A DNA stretch of 64,000 nucleotides from Gammaproteobacteria bacterium (lineage in GTDB: Bacteria; Pseudomonadota; Gammaproteobacteria; Pseudomonadales; Pseudohongiellaceae), in assembly GCA_012960305.1 (NCBI GenBank), contig DUBM01000009.1:210238-274237 (forward strand), written 5' to 3'. Positions 1 to 9,045 of the stretch are shown here, piece by piece. The notes under the pieces are model-generated. The model ran no database searches and was not told the origin of the DNA. It saw only the letters and a list, made by a program, of their open reading frames with translations. The position numbers and the translations under genes were made by a program. Position 1 is the stretch's first letter. The number at the start of each line of letters is the position of its first letter.

Positions 1-115
1 CCTGGTGCACGTAGAGATCAGTAACCTGTAATCCGTAAGAGACAGGAGTTACCAGGCAGGCTATTACTAGCCATGGTATTGAAATGCGTGCTTGGAAAGT
101 TTTGCTGAAATTCAT
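1..115 (-). CDS. 5' end of a secreted protein, possibly DUF2066 family (partial, runs off the window)
   Basis: The reverse complement of 115..1 reads ATG then MNFSKTFQARISIPWLVIACLVTPVSYGLQVTDLYVHQ with no stop. It has a signal-peptide-like hydrophobic core followed by a V-x-x-LY motif. A DUF2066 gene lies divergent from purM in Pseudomonas-type genomes. Confidence 0.35.
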   Translation of the reverse strand, partial: MNFSKTFQARISIPWLVIACLVTPVSYGLQVTDLYVHQ

Positions 116-347
116 CGCTCCGATAATACTGCATATAGACCCCTTGAGCATAGATTGACTGTTTACCCTGCCATTTGAACACCATTCTCACTTTATCGGC
201 AGCAATTACTCCCGTCCCCTTTTAGTAGAGGCTAACTGACATCATGAGACCTGTGAATTGCGAAACTAGTCACTGACTCTACCCCTTGTTCTTGTTAAAA
301 TAAGCCGCTCAATTCCTGCCATTTAACTGATTTAAGGATGCAATGCG

Positions 348-1418
348 ATGACCGTGGGTGAAGATTCGAATGGAACTCAAACTAAAGCAGCAGAATCTCT
401 TAGTTATCGTGATGCAGGAGTGGATATTGATGCGGCCAATACCCTGGTCGAAAAAATTAAAGCCGTTACTCGCCGCACTAACCGCCCCGAAGTTCTTTCT
501 GAGCTAGGAGGATTCGGTGCCATGTGTGAAATTCCCTCAGGCTACAAGCGACCGGTGCTGGTATCCGCCACCGATGGTGTTGGAACAAAATTGAAACTTG
601 CCATGGCAATGAACAGGCATGACACCATCGGTATCGATTTGGTAGCTATGTGCGTCAACGATTTAATCGTTTGTGGCGCAGAACCGCTATTTTTTCTGGA
701 TTACTATGCCACTGGCGGTCTTAATGTCGAAACCGCAACTAATGTTGTTTCCGGTATAGGGCGCGGGTGTGAAATCGCCGGTTGTGCTCTTATCGGTGGC
801 GAGACAGCTGAAATGCCAGGAATGTATACAGGTGATGACTACGATTTAGCCGGCTTCTCCGTTGGTATTGTAGAAAAATCTAAGATCATTGATCAAAAGA
901 AAGTTGCCATCGGCGATCATCTGATCGGGCTCGCTTCCTCCGGTCCGCATTCAAATGGGTACTCTCTCATCCGGAAAATTATCGATGTCTGTGGGGCTGA
1001 CTTAAGTGATGCATTTGGCGATTCTACCTTAGGCGAAACCTTATTGGCTCCAACAACTATCTATGTCAAAACAGTCGCCGCGCTATCAAATAAAGTGGAC
1101 ATCAACGCGATCGCCCATATCACCGGCGGAGGTCTAACCGAAAATATCCCTCGAGTGTTACCCAGTAATGCTAAAGCAGTGATCGATATCAATTCCTGGA
1201 CTCGTCCGGCGATTTTTAATTGGCTTCAGGACAAGGGCAATGTGGTGAGCACAGAAATGTACCGAACTTTTAATTGCGGTATTGGCCTGGTTCTTTGTAT
1301 ATCAGCGTCGCAAAGCGAAGAAGCATTGAGTCTGCTAAAGGAGCTAGGTGAAGAAGCAATTCTATTAGGTAGCATTGCTAAAAAAGGAGACAGTAAAGAA
1401 GCTGTCGTTTTTAAATAA
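348..1418 (+). CDS. purM: phosphoribosylformylglycinamidine cyclo-ligase (AIR synthetase)
   Basis: 356 aa with [13 protein letters not shown] and ATDGVGTKL motifs. Collinear with PurM and immediately followed by purN. Confidence 0.96.
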   Translation: MTVGEDSNGTQTKAAESLSYRDAGVDIDAANTLVEKIKAVTRRTNRPEVLSELGGFGAMCEIPSGYKRPVLVSATDGVGTKLKLAMAMNRHDTIGIDLVAMCVNDLIVCGAEPLFFLDYYATGGLNVETATNVVSGIGRGCEIAGCALIGGETAEMPGMYTGDDYDLAGFSVGIVEKSKIIDQKKVAIGDHLIGLASSGPHSNGYSLIRKIIDVCGADLSDAFGDSTLGETLLAPTTIYVKTVAALSNKVDINAIAHITGGGLTENIPRVLPSNAKAVIDINSWTRPAIFNWLQDKGNVVSTEMYRTFNCGIGLVLCISASQSEEALSLLKELGEEAILLGSIAKKGDSKEAVVFK

Positions 1419-1430
1419 TTAGATGAATAA

Positions 1431-2081
1431 ATGAAAACTAATCACTGCAAACTAGCTGTGCTGATTTCCGGCAATGGGACAAATTTGCAAGCGCTAATGG
1501 ATGCCAGCTTTAACTCAAACTTTAAAATCAGCGCAGTGATTTCTAACAACCCCAACTCCTTTGGTTTGCAACGAGCAGAGAAAAATAATATCGCCACGCT
1601 GGTAATAAACCACAAAGAATATGACTCAAAGCAAGCCTTTGAGCAGGCGTTGATGATTAAGCTGAAGGAAATAAATCCAGACTTAATTGCCCTCGCGGGA
1701 TTTATGCGCATCCTCAGTCCAAATTTTGTCAACCACTATGTTGGGAAGATACTGAATATCCACCCCTCACTGTTGCCAAAATATACTGGCATTAACACTC
1801 ACCAACGCGTCATTGAAGCTAATGAAAGTGAACATGGAGTCTCCGTTCACTATGTCACCGAAGAGTTAGACGGAGGACCGGTAATTGTCCAGGAAAAAGT
1901 CCCGGTATTTAATGACGATACGCCTGAAACCTTGGCTACCAGAGTCGCTGAAAAGGAACATATCATCTACCCTAAAGTAGTTTCTTGGTTCGCCGCCGAT
2001 AGGCTTGCTATGGCTGCTAATAAAGCTTACTTAGATCAGGAACTCTTGCCGGCCGGCGGAGCTGAAATCAAATCTGAATAA
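1431..2081 (+). CDS. purN: phosphoribosylglycinamide formyltransferase
   Basis: 216 aa with SGNGTNLQAL, NIHPSLLPKYTG and the EELDGGPVI formyltransferase signature. purM-purN operon arrangement. Confidence 0.95.
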   Translation: MKTNHCKLAVLISGNGTNLQALMDASFNSNFKISAVISNNPNSFGLQRAEKNNIATLVINHKEYDSKQAFEQALMIKLKEINPDLIALAGFMRILSPNFVNHYVGKILNIHPSLLPKYTGINTHQRVIEANESEHGVSVHYVTEELDGGPVIVQEKVPVFNDDTPETLATRVAEKEHIIYPKVVSWFAADRLAMAANKAYLDQELLPAGGAEIKSE

Positions 2082-2101
2082 TTCTCGGTGTATTATATAA
2101 C

Positions 2102-2941
2102 TTGCTGAAAGGACCAACAAAAATTCAACTCCTCAAGAAGCACAGCCAGCTTTCCACTTTCTTATTTCCAATTAAGAAATTTTCGCCACTTATTCTAATA
2201 GCTGCTCTTAAACCTTTTGTAATTACGATTTTAACAACGACAGCGATAACGTCACTTCATGCCCAAGATGTTGCTGAGTACAGTGCGCGATATAAAGCGA
2301 GCGCTAATGGCGTATCGGCGGTCGCACAGCGAGAATTCATTAGAATCAATGACAACAGCTATCGCTTACAAATTCGGCTACTTGCAGAAATTGCTGGGCA
2401 GCAACTAGCTAAATTAGAACAAACAAGCGAAATAGCTTTTATCAACAATTCTTTTCAACCACTATCCTATAGCTACATGTTGAGTGGCATTAGTACTGTG
2501 GCACATGCCATCAATTATAATTGGGAAGCAAAGCTAGCCCTTAGTAGGAGGGATGAAGAAAGCTGGACCATTGATCTAAATGGAGCTGTCTGGGACCAGT
2601 TAAGCCATCAATTTGCACTACGACAAATTTTCGTGAACAAAAAAGCTGAGACAAATTCTGGAGAACACGAATTTTTGCTTATCGATGGCGATGAAGTTGA
2701 GACCCATCGCTACACCGTAATTGGTGAAGAAATCTTGATCACCACTCTTGGTAGCTTAAGTACGGTAAGACTTGAACGAATTCAAGAAGATTCAGAATCT
2801 CGAAAGACAAGCATATGGCTAGCAAAAGATTGGGGTTATTTGCTCGCCCGAATTGAACAGATAAACGACTCCGGATTGAGGATCGAATTCGATTTAGAGA
2901 ACGCCGTATTGGGCGGAAAGCAAGTTGAAGCTCTGCAGTAA
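2102..2941 (+). CDS. DUF3108-like secreted protein
   Basis: Has a signal-like hydrophobic stretch ending SLHAQD, then YSARYKASANGVS and a beta-rich body. It sits directly after purN, as DUF3108 genes do in Pseudomonas-type genomes. The TTG start from the ORF track is uncertain. Confidence 0.55.
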   Translation: MLKGPTKIQLLKKHSQLSTFLFPIKKFSPLILIAALKPFVITILTTTAITSLHAQDVAEYSARYKASANGVSAVAQREFIRINDNSYRLQIRLLAEIAGQQLAKLEQTSEIAFINNSFQPLSYSYMLSGISTVAHAINYNWEAKLALSRRDEESWTIDLNGAVWDQLSHQFALRQIFVNKKAETNSGEHEFLLIDGDEVETHRYTVIGEEILITTLGSLSTVRLERIQEDSESRKTSIWLAKDWGYLLARIEQINDSGLRIEFDLENAVLGGKQVEALQ

Positions 2942-2985
2942 TTTGCAGCAGAAAAGATGACGATAGAAGGTGGAAAACGGCAAGC

Positions 2986-4548
2986 TTAGGCTGAAGCTGC
3001 TTTACCTGATTCAATATCAGTCGCTGACTCGACATTTTCATCTGCAGGCTCGCTTTCCAGCTCTTCAGTGTCTTTACTTTGCTTCTTCGACAGACTGTAT
3101 TTGCGCATTTTCTCCACCAGAGTAGTTCGGCGAATATGCAGCCGATCGGCTGCTCTGGCCACAACACCGCCACTGTCAGTTAAGGCTTGCTCAATCAAAT
3201 CTTTTTCTAGGTTCGCTAAATATTCTTTTAGATCAAGTCCATTCAACGGTAACAATGAATCCGGAGCTGTTGCTCCAGTGAGAGCGGAGGATTTGCTTTG
3301 ATCAAGCTGAATAACACCGTTGCTGCTTGCAACTTCCCGATCTCCTTTGGATATCTCTTGGTCACTAAGGTGGCGAAACTTCTTCGGCAAGTCATTAATC
3401 CCAACAATACCGTGGGGATAAAGTATCGCCATTCTCTCAACCAGATTGGCTAATTCTCTAACATTACCCGGCCAGGGGTGCCGACAAAGTGAGATCATAG
3501 CACCGGAATTAAATCTAACTGACCCACGCTTCTCGGCCTCCAAGATCGTGATCAATTCATTGAGCAATAGTGGCACATCTTCAGCTCTCTCGCGTAGCGA
3601 CGGCATCTCAATGGGGAAAACATTTATTCGATAGTAAAGATCTTGGCGGAAGTCTCCACTTTCAATCATTTGCTCTAGATTCTTATGAGTGGCTGCAAGG
3701 ATACGAACATCTGTTTTGATGGTTTTTACCCCACCCACTCTTTCGAAGCTTCGTTCTTGTAGCACCCGCAACAGTTTTACCTGCATAGCTAAGGGCATAT
3801 CACCGATCTCGTCGAGAAATAGCGTACCGCCATTGGCTATCTCAAAACGACCCGCATGGGAAGCGATAGCTCCGGTGAAAGCTCCCTTCTCGTGACCGAA
3901 CAATTCACTCTCTAGCAATTCTCTTGGAATAGCACCACAGTTAATGGGCACAAAAGATTTGTCCGAACGGGAGGAGTTAAGATGCAAATTCCGGGCTACA
4001 ACTTCTTTACCGGTGCCAGATTCTCCAGTAATTAGAACACTAACCTCGGTATTTGCCACTTGCCCCATCATGTGACGAACCCGTTGAATTGGCTCACTGT
4101 TTCCTACCAAACTACGAAACATATTGAAGCAGCTAACACCATTAAAATCCCGCAGCCGGTTAAAGTTGTCATGAAACACTTTGGCTTTATGTAACGCATC
4201 CAAAAGTGGTTGATAGCTCAACGACAATGGTAGTTTTGCGATAATACGGGTTAGCAACTCTGAGTCTAAAAAATCGGGCGCTTCTTGATCCGCTAACAAA
4301 ACGAATGGTATTCCCGCTTCCCATTGGTGTAACTCTGCTAATAGTTCAGCCAGAGACAGAGAATCACAGTTACCTACCAACGCGACATAAACATCCGATG
4401 GCTTTTCGATCACCGGCTGGACGTTTTCATACCAGTTGGTAGTACTGGCTAAAATCGTTGACTCACCCAGAAAGGATAGCAGCATCTGAATATCATGACG
4501 AGACTGCTCGCTGTCATCAATTAGGAGAATTGTAGTCTTGTTAGTCAT
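2986..4548 (-). CDS. fleQ: sigma-54-dependent transcriptional activator FleQ (flagellar and exopolysaccharide master regulator, c-di-GMP responsive family)
   Basis: Collinear along its whole length with P. aeruginosa FleQ. Shared elements are the N-terminal ILLIDD..LSFLGE domain, MFRSLVG, Walker [21 protein letters not shown] and the C-terminal [16 protein letters not shown]. The start is moved to MTNKTT (ATG at 4548) rather than the ORF-track 4602. Confidence 0.9.
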   Translation of the reverse strand: MTNKTTILLIDDSEQSRHDIQMLLSFLGESTILASTTNWYENVQPVIEKPSDVYVALVGNCDSLSLAELLAELHQWEAGIPFVLLADQEAPDFLDSELLTRIIAKLPLSLSYQPLLDALHKAKVFHDNFNRLRDFNGVSCFNMFRSLVGNSEPIQRVRHMMGQVANTEVSVLITGESGTGKEVVARNLHLNSSRSDKSFVPINCGAIPRELLESELFGHEKGAFTGAIASHAGRFEIANGGTLFLDEIGDMPLAMQVKLLRVLQERSFERVGGVKTIKTDVRILAATHKNLEQMIESGDFRQDLYYRINVFPIEMPSLRERAEDVPLLLNELITILEAEKRGSVRFNSGAMISLCRHPWPGNVRELANLVERMAILYPHGIVGINDLPKKFRHLSDQEISKGDREVASSNGVIQLDQSKSSALTGATAPDSLLPLNGLDLKEYLANLEKDLIEQALTDSGGVVARAADRLHIRRTTLVEKMRKYSLSKKQSKDTEELESEPADENVESATDIESGKAASA

Positions 4549-4803
4549 ATAAAAATAAAAGCCCGTTCGACAATACAACCATTGTAAACCGTTTTGTGTC
4601 ATTTTTTATTATTGTTTTTGCGCTAGCCGACAAAACTCTCAACAGTTGCCAAAGAATCAATTTCACTTCCATGGGTTCAAGATTGTGTCGAACTGTATGC
4701 GACCGCGTATGCAATTTATACATCAGAGGTAGAACCCGCATTGGCAAGCACCGAGTATCTTCTGGATTAGTTTCATATATGCAGCAAAAGTCGAACTATC
4801 GAA

Positions 4804-5202
4804 TTACAGTTTGAAATCATTACCCTGTTCGGTAGTTTTACCAATTTCAGGCAGCGAGCAAATACTGCCACTCAATCTAGTTACCGCTAAACATAAGAAG
4901 AAATTAACCGCTAAGGTAATACTGCGCATTGTTGAAACACTAATTAGTAGAGAATCTTGGCCGTTGACTCCGGCATCTGGATCTTTATCAACGCTGATGT
5001 TAATCGACCCAGCGGTAATTGTTTTAAGATTTAGTCCAGTACCACTAATAAACTCTGCAACAAGATTTGAGCCACGAGTCACTGTTAAGCAATTGATTGA
5101 TAGGCTGGCAACTTGGGCCGCCATTGTCGTTGGAGAGCGTGCAAAATCTGCAAATAATCCGGCGAAGCGATTTTTCTTACTTGTTGGCCGAGGAAATAAC
5201 AC
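4804..5202 (-). CDS. hypothetical protein (coding strand unresolved)
   Basis: A 132-aa ORF with a GTG start, fully overlapped by an antisense 169-aa ORF (4811..5320, +). The minus frame uses fewer rare codons (ATA, AGA, AGG, CTA) and is S/T/I/N/G-rich. No family recognised. Confidence 0.3.
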   Translation of the reverse strand: MLFPRPTSKKNRFAGLFADFARSPTTMAAQVASLSINCLTVTRGSNLVAEFISGTGLNLKTITAGSINISVDKDPDAGVNGQDSLLISVSTMRSITLAVNFFLCLAVTRLSGSICSLPEIGKTTEQGNDFKL

Positions 5203-5419
5203 TGCACATGAGACTGCACGGCGAACCCTTCTAGATCGTGAGACTGGAAAACTGGCTAACGTTAAAAATAGTAATTCTAAACTAGCAGTTCAGGCTATCG
5301 TGGCACCAGCCAGAAGCTAAAAATTTCTATTATATCAATACTTTATAGTGACCCGGCATAGGCTTAAATCTTGTCATAGTGGTGTCCTAGAACACTCTTT
5401 AATGGTTGAGAAATCGACT

Positions 5420-5446
5420 TAAAGAATTTTTTACACCAGTCGTTAT
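5420..5446 (+). promoter_or_regulatory. candidate sigma-28 (FliA) promoter upstream of flgM
   Basis: TAAAGAAT-N11-GTCGTTAT compared with the consensus TAAAGTTT-N11-GCCGATAA. The spacing is exact, and 5/8 positions match in each element. It lies about 145 bp upstream of the flgM start. Confidence 0.4.
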
Positions 5447-5590
5447 AGTTTAAACCCGCTGCAGATCGAGAATATTTAAAGCAGCAAAACGGCTCTAAGA
5501 TCACTCGTAAAACTGCTTTTTAAAGCAACTAACGTAGCGCGAAATTAGGAAAAAAGTAGTGACAACAATGTTAGCTAAAGCGCCACACTC

Positions 5591-5899
5591 GTGAATAAAA
5601 TCGGACCCAACACACCGCATTCCGCATCGACAGATAGAAACGCCAAACACAATGTTGTGACGAATATCACTAGGGAAAGAAAACCCAGTAGCCGAGAATC
5701 GGTGGCGAAATCCTCAGATACTGCTGCGCCTAGCACTCAAGCTATCGATTTGAGCGCACTGGAGAGCAAGATTAATCTCCTGCCGGAAATCGATACCGCA
5801 AAAGTTGTAGATATTCATAACCGCATCATAGCTGGTGAGTATGAGATCGACGCAGATCGACTAGCTGGCAAACTGAAGGACTTGGAATCTAGCCTCTAA
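5591..5899 (+). CDS. flgM: anti-sigma-28 factor FlgM
   Basis: 102 aa with a disordered S/T/A-rich N-terminus. The C-terminus IDTAKVVDIHNRIIAGEYEIDADRLAGKLKDLESS matches the FlgM signature (VD..KV..lK.AI..G.Y.VD...IA.KLL). Confidence 0.85.
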   Translation: MNKIGPNTPHSASTDRNAKHNVVTNITRERKPSSRESVAKSSDTAAPSTQAIDLSALESKINLLPEIDTAKVVDIHNRIIAGEYEIDADRLAGKLKDLESSL

Positions 5900-5950
5900 A
5901 GCTAATACCAGCAATCTCATTTTAATCACTCTGTACAACAACCGTAAACC

Positions 5951-5981
5951 TCGCAGCCGATACTCTGCGGATGTTTTGTTT
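5951..5981 (+). terminator. weak rho-independent terminator after flgM
   Basis: CGCAG (5952-5956) pairs with CTGCG (5965-5969) across an 8-nt loop, followed by ATGTTTTGTTT. Confidence 0.35.
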
Positions 5982-6038
5982 CTCTAGCCTCTCTAATCAG
6001 CTATGCATAAGATTGAATACTTAAACTCTAGGCTGGCC

Positions 6039-6686
6039 CTAGCTACGATTCATCGAAGCTAAGGGCGGTTCGAGCTCATCTAGACGAAGCAAATCTTCGG
6101 GGCGATCAACATCCCAAAGCATATCCAATAATCGGTGCTTAAGGTTTTGTGACCTAATTTTGTCTATAGTGGTAGCCAATACTCGATCTCCACCCCACTG
6201 AATACCTTCGAACAACCCCGGTACGACTTCACGTACCCCGATCAACACATATCCACCATCAGTCGCAGGGCCCAATACCACATCAGAGCCAGCTTTCAGA
6301 GCCGCAAATGCAGATTCTATGTATTCCGCAGTCATTGCAGGACAGTCGGTGCCGATTAGAACTACAGATTTAATACTAGGTAACTGAAGTGTTTTCTCGA
6401 TTGCATTAGCCATTTTAAAGCCTAGATCCTCGCCATATTGAAGAAATATATTCTTTTTATTACAAATATTTAAAAAAAACTGATGAGAAATATTCGAAGA
6501 TACCCACAAGTCCACTTCAGCCAGATCGGACAGCTGCGCCTGATTCACCGTGCGACTCAGCATGGCCTCATAGAGAGCTAATGCCCTCTCCTCCCCCAAG
6601 GCGGTAATAAGGCGAGTATTAACACTACCTAGAAGAGGCTCTCGGGCGAAAACCACCATCCTTGAATCTGTATACTGCTTTGCCAT
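6039..6686 (-). CDS. DUF2064 family putative glycosyltransferase (TIGR04282-like)
   Basis: 215 aa with VVFAREPLLGSVNTRL, LIGTDCP and GPATDGGYVLIG motifs typical of DUF2064. Paired with a GT2 gene immediately upstream on the same strand. Confidence 0.75.
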   Translation of the reverse strand: MAKQYTDSRMVVFAREPLLGSVNTRLITALGEERALALYEAMLSRTVNQAQLSDLAEVDLWVSSNISHQFFLNICNKKNIFLQYGEDLGFKMANAIEKTLQLPSIKSVVLIGTDCPAMTAEYIESAFAALKAGSDVVLGPATDGGYVLIGVREVVPGLFEGIQWGGDRVLATTIDKIRSQNLKHRLLDMLWDVDRPEDLLRLDELEPPLASMNRS

Positions 6687-6784
6687 CTTACCCTTCTTGT
6701 TTACAAGTTAATCAGTGGTCAATCTCTCATTGCCACTGAACTGATCATACTGCCTTTAAATTCTTTCTAGCTGCCTTCGGAACC

Positions 6785-7474
6785 TTAATCCCCTATTTTC
6801 GGATAATACTGCTCGGCCAGAGAATTTGGGCTTCTCCCCAAAAAATACAACAGCCGTAACTTCCACATAAGTAATATTGTTCTTAGCACACCTTTTTCCT
6901 CCCAACGACGGCTAGAGGTTTCTACTGAGCATCGAATTCTTTTGGGTCTAGCGACAGCTCTTAGCTTCTTGCTTATAGCCACGTCTTCCATTAAGGGAAT
7001 TTCAGTAAAACCACCGACTTTATCAAACAATTCGCGGCTTACGAACAGAGCTTGATCCCCGGTACAGACCTTGGTTAATGCCGCTCGATTATTCATCGCA
7101 ATCGCGACCACTCGAAAGATAAATGCGGGATTGCTAAAACGTACATCGAACCATCCCCAACAAAGGGGTTCTCCAGCAGTGACAGATTCCACTAACATAA
7201 CGATATCATCTGGCAGGATTGTATCGAGGTGGAGAAACAATAAGACTTCTCCAGTTGCCTTCAGCGCTCCCTTATTCATTTGAAAAGCCCTGCCGACGGC
7301 GCTTAAAAGGGCAACATCCGCCTGCTGAGCAATTATTTCCAAACCGCCATCTCCGCTACCGCCATCAACTACGATAATTTCATGACCTTGAGTACGAAGA
7401 TCCTGTAGGCGCGCTAACTGGCTATCTATCAGCGATGCCTCATTGAGCACTGGAATAATAAAGCTTATCTTCAT
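6785..7474 (-). CDS. family-2 glycosyltransferase (TIGR04283-like partner of DUF2064)
   Basis: 229 aa with the GT-A fold signature ISFIIPVLNE, IIVVDGGSGDG and LFLHLDT. Confidence 0.8.
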   Translation of the reverse strand: MKISFIIPVLNEASLIDSQLARLQDLRTQGHEIIVVDGGSGDGGLEIIAQQADVALLSAVGRAFQMNKGALKATGEVLLFLHLDTILPDDIVMLVESVTAGEPLCWGWFDVRFSNPAFIFRVVAIAMNNRAALTKVCTGDQALFVSRELFDKVGGFTEIPLMEDVAISKKLRAVARPKRIRCSVETSSRRWEEKGVLRTILLMWKLRLLYFLGRSPNSLAEQYYPKIGD

Positions 7475-7946
7475 TTAATTGATGACCGCCCTCACGAGAA
7501 ATGCTGGATCTTGATATTTAGATCTTGGGAAAATCAGTTAAATCCAATAGAAAATCTCAAATGCGTTATTTATGCAGAACCAACCGAAGAGATGATCAAA
7601 GACAGTTCTGCGACCCCATTTAGCTTTCTTTTAATTTAAGAAGCAAGATTTCTCTGCTACCCAACACTCGCAACACCCCTGAGCCGCCCAAGGTTCTCCC
7701 CATGATCAAAATTTAACCCTTCGTTCCTATTAGATTACTAAATGTAAGCTCGGAGAGAGTGCAGCGTACTCAGCAGAATTATTAACACAGGAAAATTACG
7801 GTTAACCGATCTTGTATTAGAACCACTGTTGGTTTTTAATACGCGGCCGATAATAGCCGTGAAGTTACAAGAAGTGCTACTCATTCAACTCCAGTGGAAT
7901 GGACACTAATATCACGCAAACACTTTCACTATAAGAATGAATTAAC

Positions 7947-8186
7947 GTGAACACAAAAAACTTTTACATAGTAGCTACAACGCTTAATGAACCCAGTCTT
8001 CAGGTAAAGATTTCGGGTCCTTACCTGACCAAGGTGGCAGCGCAGGCGGATCTTGCTGCAGCGATTGATGAAGCCATGGATATCGATCCAAGCGCTAAAG
8101 ACTATGCCTACAGCATCTCTAGAGTAGAAAGCCAGCAGCCTGGCATTATTCAGCACATGGCTGATTCTCGTTCCACTATACTTTAA
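7947..8186 (+). CDS. hypothetical small acidic protein
   Basis: 79-aa ORF with a GTG start. Its composition is more protein-like than the overlapping antisense ORF 7929..8246. No family recognised. Confidence 0.35.
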   Translation: MNTKNFYIVATTLNEPSLQVKISGPYLTKVAAQADLAAAIDEAMDIDPSAKDYAYSISRVESQQPGIIQHMADSRSTIL

Positions 8187-8358
8187 GCCCGCCATCCAAC
8201 CGGCCTTCAGTGTTCGATTCAGCACCAAAGCCGCTATCTCTGACATGATTCCCGACGAAGACTCACCGTAGCAGCTGACAGCCTAACAACCTTGCCCCCA
8301 ATGGCCCCTAGTTTTCACATTCCTTCTCTATGTTTATAGGTGTAAACTAAATTTATTC

Positions 8359-8375
8359 TAGATAGTCACTATCTA
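8359..8375. promoter_or_regulatory. perfect 8-1-8 palindrome upstream of the AP2-domain gene (candidate operator)
   Basis: TAGATAGT-C-ACTATCTA read directly from the sequence. It lies in the intergenic region preceding 8423/8558. Confidence 0.4.
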
Positions 8376-8422
8376 TGTTGATTATTTGTCTGCATTCCCA
8401 CTTCCGTTGTAAGCATTAGTTA

Positions 8423-8992
8423 GTGGCTCAATGCTTTCTTCTTATAGATAACACTATTATTAGGGGAGCTTTGGTTAAGCTCTGCTTACTACCCAGTAGC
8501 CCAAAGTTCTTTCCTGAGCTAAATCCAAGGAAAGCACAGAAGGATAGAGAGGTTCTTTTGAAAAAACTCAGCGCACTGCATCACATTAGTATCATCGAAT
8601 CCCGTGGCACAAATTGTGCCTGGGTGAGGATCAAATACAACAACAAGAGCTTTCAGCAATCTTTCCCGTTTAAGAAATTTGGCGGGAAGAACAAGGCAAT
8701 TGCCGCCGCAAAGAAAAAACGGGATGCTGAAGGTAAGAAAATTTATGGCAAGAATTGGCCTTATGCTAAATTCAGCCCCCGCAAAATTTCTCCTCTAAAC
8801 AGCTCTGGTGAAATCGGAGTTAGTTATTCTGAGAAAGACCATTCCTGGGTTGCCACTTGGCAAGAAGGAAAAGGAGTTAGACGTAAGCAGAAAAATTCCT
8901 ATTTTTCCATTAACAAATATGGGGAAGCCAAAGCCATGAAAATGGCAGTGAAAGCGCGCCGAGATGCTGTGAAAGCGAATCAGATTCAATAG
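8423..8992 (+). CDS. AP2/ERF-type DNA-binding domain protein (one clear and one degenerate AP2 repeat)
   Basis: The C-terminal half NSSGEIGVSYSEKDHSWVATWQEGKGVRRKQKNSYFSINKYGEAKAMKMAVKARRDA fits the AP2 pattern (G-V, W-x-A, F...yGe..A...A...R). The upstream segment WVRIKYNNKSFQQSFPFKKFGGKNKAIAAAKKKRDA is a weaker copy. The likely true start is the in-frame TTG at 8558, preceded by AGAGAGG, which gives 144 aa. Confidence 0.7.
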   Translation: MAQCFLLIDNTIIRGALVKLCLLPSSPKFFPELNPRKAQKDREVLLKKLSALHHISIIESRGTNCAWVRIKYNNKSFQQSFPFKKFGGKNKAIAAAKKKRDAEGKKIYGKNWPYAKFSPRKISPLNSSGEIGVSYSEKDHSWVATWQEGKGVRRKQKNSYFSINKYGEAKAMKMAVKARRDAVKANQIQ

Positions 8993-9045
8993 CAAAATAT
9001 TAATTGGAAAATAAGAAAGAATTGGTCGAACAGCTGCGGAACTCT

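Noticed and set aside
4596-5320. Possibility that plus-strand ORFs 4596..4814 and 4811..5320 are two halves of a frameshifted pseudogene.
   Set aside because: Both translations are non-protein-like, rich in C and R or in rare codons. The first overlaps the fleQ start and promoter region.
8605-8619. Sigma-54-like element TGGCAC-N5-GTGC.
   Set aside because: It lies inside the AP2-domain coding sequence, the -12 element deviates from TTGC, and no downstream gene needs it.
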